Positions 8,039 through 16,757 of a stretch of 64,000 nucleotides of DNA are shown piece by piece. Positions within the stretch are counted from its first letter, which is position 1; the number at the start of each line of letters is the position of its first letter. A program made the translations under genes and the position numbers. Source of the stretch: a bacterium (GTDB taxonomy: Bacteria > Patescibacteriota > Minisyncoccia > UBA6257 > 02-FULL-45-10c); NCBI GenBank assembly GCA_030700025.1, contig JAUYKI010000006.1, forward strand, positions 13,428 through 77,427, written 5' to 3'. The notes below the pieces were generated by a model. It was not told the origin of the DNA. It saw only the letters and a program-made list of their open reading frames with translations, and searched no databases.

Positions 8039-8527
8039 ATGGATAATCAAAAACCACAAGTTAATATTGAAGATTTAGTAAAAGAGCTGGAACAATGTAA
8101 GAAAGAAAAAGAAGAATATCTGAACGGCTGGAAGCGGGCTAAAGCGGACTTTATCAATTATCAAAAAGACGAAACGAAACGGATAGACGAAGTAATGAAG
8201 TTTAGTAATGAGATGCTGATTCGGGAATTATTGCCGGTTTTAGATAGTTTTCAGCTTTCGCTGTCCGTTATGGCCAGCCCGGCCAGGGAAGACGCGGGCG
8301 CCAGAAGGGGGGTAGAAATTATTCAGTCGCAATTTGAGGATATTTTAAAAAAACACGGATTAGAACCGATTAAAGCGCTGGGGAGTAAATTTGATCCGAG
8401 TTTGCACGAAGCCGTGGAAGAAGCGGAGTCCGATAAGGAATCAGGAACAGTTATAGAAGAATTAACCAGGGGCTGGAAATTACACGGAAGGGTCATCCGT
8501 CCAGCGAGAGTAAAAATTGCTAAATAA
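8039..8527 (+). CDS. grpE: nucleotide exchange factor GrpE
   Basis: 162 aa; GrpE coiled-coil N-terminus plus C-terminal beta domain; position between hrcA and dnaK. Confidence 0.85.
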   Translation: MDNQKPQVNIEDLVKELEQCKKEKEEYLNGWKRAKADFINYQKDETKRIDEVMKFSNEMLIRELLPVLDSFQLSLSVMASPAREDAGARRGVEIIQSQFEDILKKHGLEPIKALGSKFDPSLHEAVEEAESDKESGTVIEELTRGWKLHGRVIRPARVKIAK

Positions 8528-8533
8528 AATTAT

Positions 8534-10390
8534 ATGCCAAAAATTATAGGAATAGATTTAGGAACAACTAATTCGGCGGTCGCGGTGGTGGAAGGCGGCG
8601 AGCCGAAAATTTTAGAAAACGCGGAGGGCAACCGGACTACGCCTTCTATTGTGGCGGTCAGCAAGGCCGGCGAACGGCTAGTGGGATTATTGGCAAAACG
8701 CCAGGCGGTTACTAATCCGAAGAATACGATTTCTTCGGTAAAGCGGTTAATTGGACGGAAGTTCAGCGATCCGGAAGTGCAAGGAGACAGAAAATGGCTT
8801 CCGTATGAAATGAAAGAAGCGTCCAATGGCGGAGTGTCCATTAAATTCGGAGATTCCTGGCTTACGCCGGAGGAAATTTCGGCCATGGTTTTGGCCAAAT
8901 TGAAAGCGGATGCCGAAGCGAAATTAGGAGAGAAAATTGAAGAAGCGGTAATTACGGTGCCGGCTTATTTTGACGACAGCCAGCGGCAGGCCACGAAAAA
9001 TGCCGGAGAAATCGCCGGCTTGAAAGTCCGCCGGATTATCAACGAACCAACAGCCGCGGCTTTGGCGTACGGCTTTAATAAAAAGAAAAATGAAAAAATT
9101 GTAGTTTATGATTTTGGCGGCGGCACTTTTGACGTTTCGGTTCTGGAAGTGGCGGAAGATACGGTAGAAGTGAAATCCACCGGCGGAGACACCCATTTGG
9201 GCGGAGATGATTTTGATAAAAAAATTAATGAGTATTTAGTTTCCGAATATAAAAAGCAGGAGGGCGTGGATGTTTCCAAAGATCCATTGGCGCTTCAGCG
9301 CCTGCGGGAAGCGGCGGAGCGGGCTAAGCACGAATTGTCCACTTCGGCGGAAACCGAAATCAATCTTCCTTATATTACTTCGGACGCTTCCGGCCCGAAA
9401 CATTTCTTATTGAAATTAACTAGGGCAAAATTAGAAGACTTGGTTAAGGATTATATTGACCGGTCGGTTGAATTGACTTTAAAAACCGTTAAAGAAGCCG
9501 GTTTTGAATTAAAGGATATTAATGAATTGATTTTAGTCGGCGGACAGACCCGGATGCCGGCAATCCAGCAGGCGGTGAAAAAAGCTTTTGGCAAAGAGCC
9601 GCATTTGGGCGTGAATCCGGACGAAGTGGTAGCGATAGGAGCGGCAGTGCAGGCCGGAGTTTTTCAGGGCGACGTAAAAGACGTTTTGCTTTTGGACGTG
9701 ACTCCGCTTTCCGTAGGATTGGAAACTCTCGGAGGGATATTTACCCGTTTAATTGAAAAAAATACTACTGTTCCGACTACCAAGTCTCAAGTTTTTTCTA
9801 CTGCTTCGGACAGCCAAACTTCGGTGGAAATCCATGTGCTTCAGGGAGAGCGGGAAATGGCTGGAGATAATAAAACTCTGGCGCGGTTTATTTTAGACGG
9901 CATTCCGCCGTCGCCAAGAGGAGTTCCGCAGGTGGAAGTTACTTTTGATATTGATTCCAACGGCATTTTAAATGTTTCCGCGAAAGATAAAGCCACCGGC
10001 AAAAGCCAGTCGGTCCGGATTGAGGCGAGCACCAGTTTGTCCAAAGAAGAAGTGGAGCGTTTGAAAAATGAGGCGGCAAAAAATCAGGCGGAAGACAAGC
10101 AAAAACGGGAAACTGTGGAAGCTAAGAATAACGCCGAGAGTTTAATTTATCTCGCGGAAAAATCCGTTAAGGAGGCCGGAGAAAAAGTTAGCGAAGACAT
10201 TAAAAAGTTGGTTCAGGAAAAAGTGGATGCTTTGAAATCCGTTAAAGATGGCAATGACGTTCAGAAAATCCAATCGGCCGCGCAAGAGCTTTCTACAGAA
10301 GTGCAGAAAATCGGGCAGGCGATGTATAAAAACGAAAAATCCGAAGAACCAAAAACTGACGACCCGCAGCCCCCGGTGGAAAATAAATAA
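8534..10390 (+). CDS. dnaK: molecular chaperone DnaK (Hsp70)
   Basis: 618 aa; Hsp70 signatures [26 protein letters not shown]. Confidence 0.95.
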   Translation: MPKIIGIDLGTTNSAVAVVEGGEPKILENAEGNRTTPSIVAVSKAGERLVGLLAKRQAVTNPKNTISSVKRLIGRKFSDPEVQGDRKWLPYEMKEASNGGVSIKFGDSWLTPEEISAMVLAKLKADAEAKLGEKIEEAVITVPAYFDDSQRQATKNAGEIAGLKVRRIINEPTAAALAYGFNKKKNEKIVVYDFGGGTFDVSVLEVAEDTVEVKSTGGDTHLGGDDFDKKINEYLVSEYKKQEGVDVSKDPLALQRLREAAERAKHELSTSAETEINLPYITSDASGPKHFLLKLTRAKLEDLVKDYIDRSVELTLKTVKEAGFELKDINELILVGGQTRMPAIQQAVKKAFGKEPHLGVNPDEVVAIGAAVQAGVFQGDVKDVLLLDVTPLSVGLETLGGIFTRLIEKNTTVPTTKSQVFSTASDSQTSVEIHVLQGEREMAGDNKTLARFILDGIPPSPRGVPQVEVTFDIDSNGILNVSAKDKATGKSQSVRIEASTSLSKEEVERLKNEAAKNQAEDKQKRETVEAKNNAESLIYLAEKSVKEAGEKVSEDIKKLVQEKVDALKSVKDGNDVQKIQSAAQELSTEVQKIGQAMYKNEKSEEPKTDDPQPPVENK

Positions 10391-11475
10391 TGGCAAAAAA
10401 TTATTATCAAATTCTTGGGGTAGAAAAAAGCGCTTCGGAAGAGGACATAAAAAAAGCTTTTCGCAAGCTGGCGCATCAGCATCATCCGGATAAAGCCGGA
10501 GGCAATGAACAGAAGTTCAAAGAAATCAACGAAGCTTATCAGGTGCTTTCCAATAAAGAAAAGCGGTCTCAATATGACCGGTTCGGAAGGGTGGCAGACG
10601 GCGCTCAAGGCAACGGTCCTTTTGGCGGCCCGTTCAGCGGTTTTGGCGAAGGCTTTGATTTTAATTTTGACCCGTCCAATTTGGAGGATCTTTCCAATGT
10701 CAGCGATATTTTTGAGTCGTTTTTTGAAGGGCTGGGAATGAAAAAGAGGAAAACTTACCATCGGGGCGCGGACATTGAGGCCGTAAAAGAAATTTCGCTG
10801 GAAGAAGCTTTCCGCGGAATTGATTTGCGGTTGAAGGTGGAAACCGAATTGTCTTGCAAGCATTGCGCCGGTGCCGGTTATTTTTCTAAAGAAGGTTTTA
10901 CCAAATGCGGAGCTTGCGGGGGGCGGGGCGAGGTGCGGGAAACGCGCCAGACTTTTTTCGGGCAGTTTGCCCAAGTCCGGGCATGTTCCAAGTGCCGCGG
11001 ACAGGGAGAAATTCCGAATAAAATCTGTAATTATTGCAGTGGCAGTGGCCGGATAAAAGGAGAGCGGGAAGTGGAAATTGAAATCGCGCCCGGAATCGCT
11101 GACGGGCAATTAATCAAGGTAACCGGAGCCGGACAGGCGGGCGAACGGGGAGCCGGAGCCGGCGATCTTTACGCGCGGATTAAAATTAAACCGCATCATG
11201 ATTTTCAAAGAGTTAATAATGATTTGATTGTTAAAAAGAGCTTAAGCTTAACCGATATATTGCTTGGGAAAAAAGTGGAAATCCCAACAGTAGCCGGCGG
11301 GAAAATTAACGCGGAAATTCCCGAAGATTTTAATTTACGGGAACGATTGCGGATTCCGGGCGAAGGGATGCCAAGATTTGGTTCTTTTGGGCGCGGAGAC
11401 CTTTATGTGGAATTCCAGATTCGGACTCCGAAAAAGATTGATCCGAAAATCAAAAAGTTTTTGGAAGAGCTATAA
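10390..11475 (+). CDS. dnaJ: molecular chaperone DnaJ
   Basis: 361 aa; J domain with HPD (HQHHPDK), Gly-rich linker, four CxxCxGxG zinc-finger repeats; start overlaps dnaK stop. Confidence 0.92.
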   Translation: MAKNYYQILGVEKSASEEDIKKAFRKLAHQHHPDKAGGNEQKFKEINEAYQVLSNKEKRSQYDRFGRVADGAQGNGPFGGPFSGFGEGFDFNFDPSNLEDLSNVSDIFESFFEGLGMKKRKTYHRGADIEAVKEISLEEAFRGIDLRLKVETELSCKHCAGAGYFSKEGFTKCGACGGRGEVRETRQTFFGQFAQVRACSKCRGQGEIPNKICNYCSGSGRIKGEREVEIEIAPGIADGQLIKVTGAGQAGERGAGAGDLYARIKIKPHHDFQRVNNDLIVKKSLSLTDILLGKKVEIPTVAGGKINAEIPEDFNLRERLRIPGEGMPRFGSFGRGDLYVEFQIRTPKKIDPKIKKFLEEL

Positions 11476-11600
11476 TCCCCCACATAACAAAGACAATAGA
11501 TTTATGCCAAAACCAAGCTTTACTATAAAAACCAGTCGTTTATTAAAAAAACAAAGATTTAACGGACAATCTGCTCCGCGGTCTTTGTTATGTGGGGGAT
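11475..11600. repeat. Family-2 element copy 2 (ATCCCCCACATAACAAAGAC / GTCTTTGTTATGTGGGGGAT), between dnaJ stop and SGNH hydrolase start
   Basis: perfect 20-bp inverted repeat with compensatory A-to-C / T-to-G change relative to copy 1; ATG 11599 inside right arm. Confidence 0.8.
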
Positions 11601-12219
11601 GAAACGAAGTCTTACCTTGATTGAGTTGCTGGCCATAGCGCTGACCATTGGGTTGGCGGTTTTGATGTTTTTAGTTCCACAAAAAGAATATCGCCACGAT
11701 TTAGTAGTGGTGGCGTTCGGCGACAGCCTGACTGTCGGCCATGGTGTTCCGCCGGGAAAAAACTTTGTGGTCTATCTTTCGGAATATACGGATATCCCGA
11801 TTATTAACGCCGGCGTTACCGGCGATACCACGGGCGAAGCCCTGCTTCGTTTGCAGGCGGATGTTTTGGATAAAAAGCCGAATGTCGTGACGGTGCTTTT
11901 GGGCGGAAATGATTTATTGAAAGGGAATAGCGAAGAAGTGGTGCGGGCTAATTTAAAAATTATTATCCGGGAAATTAAAAAAATCGGCGCTAAGGTAATT
12001 TTAATCGGCGGAAGCAAGCAATTGGCCCCGGCTTTTGAAATGGTGTTTGAAAAAATCGCTATGGAAGAAAAAGTGGCCGGCTACGTGCCGGATGTTTTGC
12101 GAGGCATGCTTTTGAGAAAGGATTTATTATTTGACGACATTCATCCGAATGACCGCGGACACAAGATTATCGCGGAACGGATTTTGCCGACGCTAGAAAG
12201 AGTTTTAAAAGAGCAATAG
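11599..12219 (+). CDS. SGNH/GDSL-family hydrolase (lipase/acylhydrolase-like)
   Basis: N-terminal TM anchor; GDSL block VVAFGDSLTVGHG; catalytic DxxH near C-terminus (DDIHPNDRGH); upstream ATG at 11590 lies in a repeat arm. Confidence 0.8.
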   Translation: MKRSLTLIELLAIALTIGLAVLMFLVPQKEYRHDLVVVAFGDSLTVGHGVPPGKNFVVYLSEYTDIPIINAGVTGDTTGEALLRLQADVLDKKPNVVTVLLGGNDLLKGNSEEVVRANLKIIIREIKKIGAKVILIGGSKQLAPAFEMVFEKIAMEEKVAGYVPDVLRGMLLRKDLLFDDIHPNDRGHKIIAERILPTLERVLKEQ

Positions 12220-12225
12220 TCCCAA

Positions 12226-12530
12226 ACTCGGAAACCTTTATTCTCCATTTTTGCTCAGCCGTACCACCTCTCCTCAACCCGCTCCGTTCGCTCCTGCGGC
12301 TCACTTCGCTTTGTCCTCGCGGCTCGGCCATCGAGGCTTCCGCCTTTAACGATGGGCCAAGCCCTCGCTCGCTGCGGGGGTATCGGAGAAGTAGTAACGG
12401 CTTCGCTTAAAAAATAAAGGTTTCCTCGCTAAATAAAAAAATAATAAGAAAAATCCTCCCTCACTTTTGTGAAAACGCAATAAAAAAATCCGCCATAGGC
12501 GGATTAACTTTCACAAGAGTGAGGGATCGG
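12226..12530 (+). repeat. Family-3 mosaic GC-rich repeat region
   Basis: modules CTCGGAAACCTTTATTCTCC, GCTCAGCCG.ACCAC.TCTCCTCAAC, ~130-bp unit shared with 49838-49976 (inverted), palindrome CCCTCACTTTTGT...ACAAGAGTGAGGG with inserted hairpin ATCCGCCATAGGCGGAT. Confidence 0.8.
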
Positions 12531-12542
12531 GGGATAAATAAT

Positions 12543-13307
12543 TTATTCAGCAGTGAGCTTGGACCAGACTCCGAAAGTCTGGGTTTTACAGCCCATGACT
12601 TCCTGGTAAATCGCCATGCCCAGATAAACTTTAGTTTCCATGGTGGCTTGCTGGAACGCTACTAAACCGGCGTCCATTTCAGCAAGGCGTCCAGATTTCT
12701 GAATGCCAATTAGTCCCATGCCAACTATGGCTTTATCTCCGGCTTTTTGGCAGAGAATTAATCCCACAGCTAACGCCGCTCGTTTGCCTGCTTTTTGATA
12801 GGCGACCAGTCCCAACAAATGGTCAATGTCATTTTCGGCAGATTCATACAGGGAAATTCCAGTAACAACTAAGATGTCTTTTTTAGCCCGCTGATATCCG
12901 GTTATTCCGAGGACAGTGACGGCATCGCGTCCGGCGCTCTGATATACGGTTATTCCGAGGGCGGTGGCGGCATCGCGTCCGGCGCTCTGATAGCCGGTTA
13001 TTCCGAAGCCGGTGGCGGCATCGCGTCCGGCGCTCTGATATCCGCCCAATCCGACGACGCTCATCGCATCCTCGTTAGCTTTTTGGTGAAGCGAGCAAAC
13101 AGAATAAATGCTTTTTTCGCTGACCGCGTTTCCGAAAACCGTGAAAATATTGCCGTTGATATTGATGGGCAGGCAAAGAATTGCCACCCAGGTCGCCATC
13201 TTAAGCGCCCGCAGGTGAGAGTATTTTACTCGTTTTTGGTTATTCCACATACACCATAAACAGAAGTAGACTATCGCGGTCAGGAAATACAGAACCAGAT
13301 TTTCCAT
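12543..13307 (-). CDS. membrane-anchored repeat protein (ten ~16-aa GxxGYQSAGRDAxT-like repeats), hypothetical
   Basis: 254 aa; N-terminal TM; three near-identical 48-bp tandem DNA units at 12900-13043 inside the CDS. Confidence 0.6.
   Translation of the reverse strand: MENLVLYFLTAIVYFCLWCMWNNQKRVKYSHLRALKMATWVAILCLPININGNIFTVFGNAVSEKSIYSVCSLHQKANEDAMSVVGLGGYQSAGRDAATGFGITGYQSAGRDAATALGITVYQSAGRDAVTVLGITGYQRAKKDILVVTGISLYESAENDIDHLLGLVAYQKAGKRAALAVGLILCQKAGDKAIVGMGLIGIQKSGRLAEMDAGLVAFQQATMETKVYLGMAIYQEVMGCKTQTFGVWSKLTAE
12900..13043. repeat. three near-identical 48-bp tandem repeats inside the CDS 12543-13307
   Basis: GGTTATTCCGAGG.C.GTG.CGGCATCGCGTCCGGCGCTCTGATA..C x3. Confidence 0.85.
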
Positions 13308-13490
13308 TCGTTTCCTCCCTAAATCCGCCAGCTGGCGGATTGGGCTAGCCCGTGCGTACGCACGTACGCCCTAGGGCGATCATCCGACCACTTTGTGGTT
13401 CAGGATGATTTAGCCTTTTTGGTTTTCAAACTACTGCGGTAGTATAATATATTAATTAAATCTCGTCAAGTAGTTTAGAAAAATTTTGAG

Positions 13491-13524
13491 TAAAATAAAA
13501 CCGCGTTTAAGCGCGGTTTTAAAA
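13491..13524 (-). terminator. rho-independent terminator (bidirectional shape) downstream of tRNA-Lys
   Basis: AAACCGCGTTTAAGCGCGGTTT flanked by A- and T-runs. Confidence 0.65.
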
Positions 13525-13528
13525 TTTG

Positions 13529-13599
13529 TGCCTCCACTTGGAATCGAACCAAGCTCAATTGCTTAAAAGGCAACTGCTCTACCACTGAGCTATGGAGGC
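13529..13599 (-). tRNA. tRNA-Lys (anticodon UUU)
   Basis: cloverleaf folded by hand: acceptor GCCUCCA/UGGAGGC, D-arm GCUC-AGUGGUA-GAGC, anticodon stem GUUGC/GCAAU with loop CUUUUAA, T-arm CUUGG-UUCGAUU-CCAAG; promoter TTGAAC-16-TATAAT upstream; hairpin terminator 13498-13519. Confidence 0.8.
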
Positions 13600-13713
13600 A
13601 ATATAGAGATTATATAGTATAAAATTTTTGGTTCAAGAGCAATCGTATATTGACAGTAATTATATTTTATGATATTCTATTGCTAAGTTAGATTTTTGAC
13701 AAGGAGGAAGCGG

Positions 13714-14145
13714 ATGAGCGAAGTTCGGCGGTGCCAGATGGCGTTAGCGCGGATGGAAGAATTGCCGGTAGCGGAAAAGGAATTAGCCCAGTCTATTTAT
13801 CTCCTGATTATCAAGATTGAGCTCTACCATTGGTCTTGGCCGAATTCATTCGGCATGTTGGCGGTGGGCTTGGGCGCTTTGGCTGCTATCATTTCGGGCA
13901 TGCGGCTTCCCGTTACGGGACCATTGGAAATGATTAGCATCGTTGGCGCGATAGGGTTGTTTTATTGGATTGGTTTCCGGCTATCTAAAAATCTGTTTTT
14001 CAACCAGCGGGTCGGCGAACTGCTCCACCAAATGAAAAATCTGCAGTTCTCCAATGCTGGATTTAATAAGACGCTGAAGACTTTGAAAGAAATTGATCCG
14101 CGGATTGAAGTTAATATCGGCAAGCTATTGCCACAAACCTATTAA
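13714..14145 (+). CDS. hypothetical membrane protein
   Basis: RBS AAGGAGG 6 nt before the ATG at 13714; two to three hydrophobic segments. Confidence 0.5.
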   Translation: MSEVRRCQMALARMEELPVAEKELAQSIYLLIIKIELYHWSWPNSFGMLAVGLGALAAIISGMRLPVTGPLEMISIVGAIGLFYWIGFRLSKNLFFNQRVGELLHQMKNLQFSNAGFNKTLKTLKEIDPRIEVNIGKLLPQTY

Positions 14146-14165
14146 GCAAGGGTATTGACTCTTGC

Positions 14166-14270
14166 TTTTTTATTGTCTGAGGCTTTCTTCTCTCGCTACC
14201 GTTCAAACTCCCAGTCCCTCACTTTTGTACAAGAGTGAGGGAAGTTTTCACTGGGTTTCGGATTTCGCTC
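14166..14270 (+). repeat. Family-3 repeat unit, left part (interrupted by Family-1 copy B; right part 14403-14470)
   Basis: contiguous in the 58-kb homolog, split here by the 132-bp Family-1 element. Confidence 0.75.
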
Positions 14271-14402
14271 GCCCAGCCCTATTTATTTTGAGGAACATCC
14301 CGCAGGCGTATTTTGCTTGGACCACAAAATACGCCGAGGGCGAAGAAAATCCGGCCGCTGGAGCCGGATTATTCTGTTTCCGAGAAGTAGATAGGGCTGG
14401 GC
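14271..14402 (+). repeat. Family-1 element, copy B (full length with GCCCAGCCCTAT terminal inverted repeats; core 14292-14381)
   Basis: conserved 5-prime 57 nt; second stem AATCCGGC/GCCGGATT around loop CGCTGGA; nested inside a Family-3 repeat. Confidence 0.85.
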
Positions 14403-14510
14403 ACCATGCCCACTCAATCCTCGGCCCGCGCTACGGAGAAGAAAACCTCAGACACCTTTCTATATTTATGAAGTTGTAATATTTTTTTCATCCATCTATA
14501 CTTTATTTTA

Positions 14511-15743
14511 ATGCGTTCCAAGCCTATTTTCTTTTTAGGATTGATATTGATCTTAACCGTTGCCGGAGCTTTTTTTGTTTATCCGCAAAGTCCTTGGTCG
14601 GAAAAGATTTTGCCATGGCGTTTGGGCCTGGATTTAGTCGGCGGTTCTTATTTGATTTATGAAGTGGATATGGCGTCGGTGGCATCCGGAGACCGGGACG
14701 CGGTTATTAATGGTTTGCGGGACGTTATTGAAAAAAGGGTTAATTTATTCGGGGTCAGCGAACCGAGAGTCACTCTTTCCACGGTTGGGGAAAGCTACCG
14801 CTTAAATGTGGAGCTGGCGGGAATTAAAGATATCAAGGCCGCCATCGCCCAAATCGGTGAAACGCCGTTTTTACAATTTTCGGAAGTGGATTTAACCGAC
14901 GAAACAAATCCTAAGTTTACTCCAACGGAACTGAACGGCCGGTATATTACCAGCGCCGCCGTTGTGTTCAGTCCGGCCAGCCTTCCGACCGTGAGTTTGG
15001 AATTTAATGACGAAGGCGCGGTGATTTTTGAAGAACTGACCAGAAATAATGTCGGCAACATGATCGCCATCTTTTTAGATGATAGTTTAATTGAAATGGC
15101 GAGAGTGACGGAAGAAATTTCCGGCGGGCGGGCGCAAATTTCCGGAATCGGGGACGCTAAGGAAGCCAAGAAATTGGTGGAGCGTTTAAACGCCGGAGCT
15201 TTGCCGGCGCCGATTAAACTAATCAATCAGCAAACCATCAGCGCTTCTTTGGGCCAAGATTCTTTATCTAAAACTATTTGGGCCGGAGTTTGGGGAACGT
15301 TGGCGGTATTGCTGTTTATGCTTATTTATTACCGGGGATTGGGATTTTTCGCCTCCATTGCTTTAGTAGTTTATGTAATATTGACCATGTCTATTTTTAA
15401 GCTGTTTTCTATAACTATGACTCTCGCTGGCATCGCGGGCTTCATTCTTTCTATAGGCATGGCGGTAGATGCCAATATTCTTATTTTTGAGCGCACTAAG
15501 GAGGAGATAAAGCGGGGAATGGCGCGTTTTACGGCTGTTGAAAAGGGATTCAGCCGCGCCTGGACTTCCATTCGGGATTCCAACGTTTCCACGATTTTGA
15601 CTTCGGTTATATTGTTTTATTTCACTTCCGGATTTATCAAGGGATTTGCCCTGGCGTTATTGATCGGAGTTTTGGTAAGTATGTTCACCGCTATTACCGC
15701 CACCCGGAATTTATTAAAGGTATTCTATACGACTAAAGACTAA
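14511..15743 (+). CDS. secD: protein translocase subunit SecD
   Basis: 410 aa; N-terminal TM, periplasmic domain, C-terminal 6-TM SecD/SecF core; followed by secF. Confidence 0.88.
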   Translation: MRSKPIFFLGLILILTVAGAFFVYPQSPWSEKILPWRLGLDLVGGSYLIYEVDMASVASGDRDAVINGLRDVIEKRVNLFGVSEPRVTLSTVGESYRLNVELAGIKDIKAAIAQIGETPFLQFSEVDLTDETNPKFTPTELNGRYITSAAVVFSPASLPTVSLEFNDEGAVIFEELTRNNVGNMIAIFLDDSLIEMARVTEEISGGRAQISGIGDAKEAKKLVERLNAGALPAPIKLINQQTISASLGQDSLSKTIWAGVWGTLAVLLFMLIYYRGLGFFASIALVVYVILTMSIFKLFSITMTLAGIAGFILSIGMAVDANILIFERTKEEIKRGMARFTAVEKGFSRAWTSIRDSNVSTILTSVILFYFTSGFIKGFALALLIGVLVSMFTAITATRNLLKVFYTTKD

Positions 15744-15753
15744 GAACTAAAAC

Positions 15754-16638
15754 ATGTTTGATTTAATTAAGTATAAAAAGTTATTTATCGGCTTTTCCGG
15801 AGCTCTGACGGTATTGGCAATTTTAAGCATGGTTATTTTCGGATTCCGGCAGGGAATTGATTTTGTCGGCGGAACGCTTTGGCAGGTAAAGTTTACCGGC
15901 CAAGCGGTAACTTCGGAGGCTTTGGAAGTGGCGTTAAAAGACAAGCTGGGATTGGAAAACTTTTTGGTAACCGCTTCGGAAAATAATGAATTTTTAATCC
16001 GCTCCAAGGATTTTACAGAAGCCGAACATCAGCAGTTTTTAGAGAGTTTAAGTTTGTCTTTTGGATCGGTTGAAGAACTGCGATTTGAAAGCATTGGTCC
16101 AAGTATTGGCAAGGAATTGCGCGGCCGGGCCTTTCAGGCGTTTGTCATGGTGCTGTTGGGCATTTCCTTATATATAGCCTTTGCTTTTCGGAAAGTTTCC
16201 CAGCCGGTTAGCTCTTGGAAGTACGGCTTTATTACCTTAATCACTCTATTCCACGACGCTTTGATTCCGGCCGGCGTTTACGCGTTTTTAAGCAGTTTCC
16301 GGGGAATAGAAATAGATACTAATTTTATCGTGGCTTTACTGGTGATTATGGGATTTTCAGTCCATGACACGATTGTGGTGTTTGACCGGATCAGGGAAAA
16401 TTTAATTGTTCAGAAAGGGAAGTCTTTGGATGAAATTATTAACGCAAGCATCAATCAAACCTTCGCGCGATCCATAAACACTTCGCTGACCTTGGTGCTG
16501 GTTCTTGTCGCGCTCTATATATTTGGCGCTTCGGTATTAAGTTATTTTGTTTTGACGATTTTATTGGGCACGATTATCGGAACGTATTCTTCTATTTTTG
16601 TTGCTAGCCCATTATTGACTTACTTTGTGAAAAAGTAG
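15754..16638 (+). CDS. secF: protein translocase subunit SecF
   Basis: 294 aa; SecF-type membrane domain; 10 nt after secD. Confidence 0.88.
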   Translation: MFDLIKYKKLFIGFSGALTVLAILSMVIFGFRQGIDFVGGTLWQVKFTGQAVTSEALEVALKDKLGLENFLVTASENNEFLIRSKDFTEAEHQQFLESLSLSFGSVEELRFESIGPSIGKELRGRAFQAFVMVLLGISLYIAFAFRKVSQPVSSWKYGFITLITLFHDALIPAGVYAFLSSFRGIEIDTNFIVALLVIMGFSVHDTIVVFDRIRENLIVQKGKSLDEIINASINQTFARSINTSLTLVLVLVALYIFGASVLSYFVLTILLGTIIGTYSSIFVASPLLTYFVKK

Positions 16639-16757
16639 GAAGCGGGAAGGGGGGTTGACACGTTGGGGCGGGGTATGCTACTATATCTACAAATTGACAT
16701 ACGAAGGTTTTGGGCACTTGACAGATTAAAACCTAGTATGGTAACATATAAAACGAA

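Noticed and set aside
14162-14479. 105-aa ORF (and similar ORFs 25388-25822 minus, 23298-23501 plus, 34728-34913 plus, 34676-34906 minus) sharing peptides such as LRNIPQAYFAWTTKYAEGEE or MDHKIRRGRRKF
   Set aside because: These are translations of the conserved half of the Family-1 repeat in different copies. They have no consistent start codon or flanks, so they are repeat artefacts, not genes.
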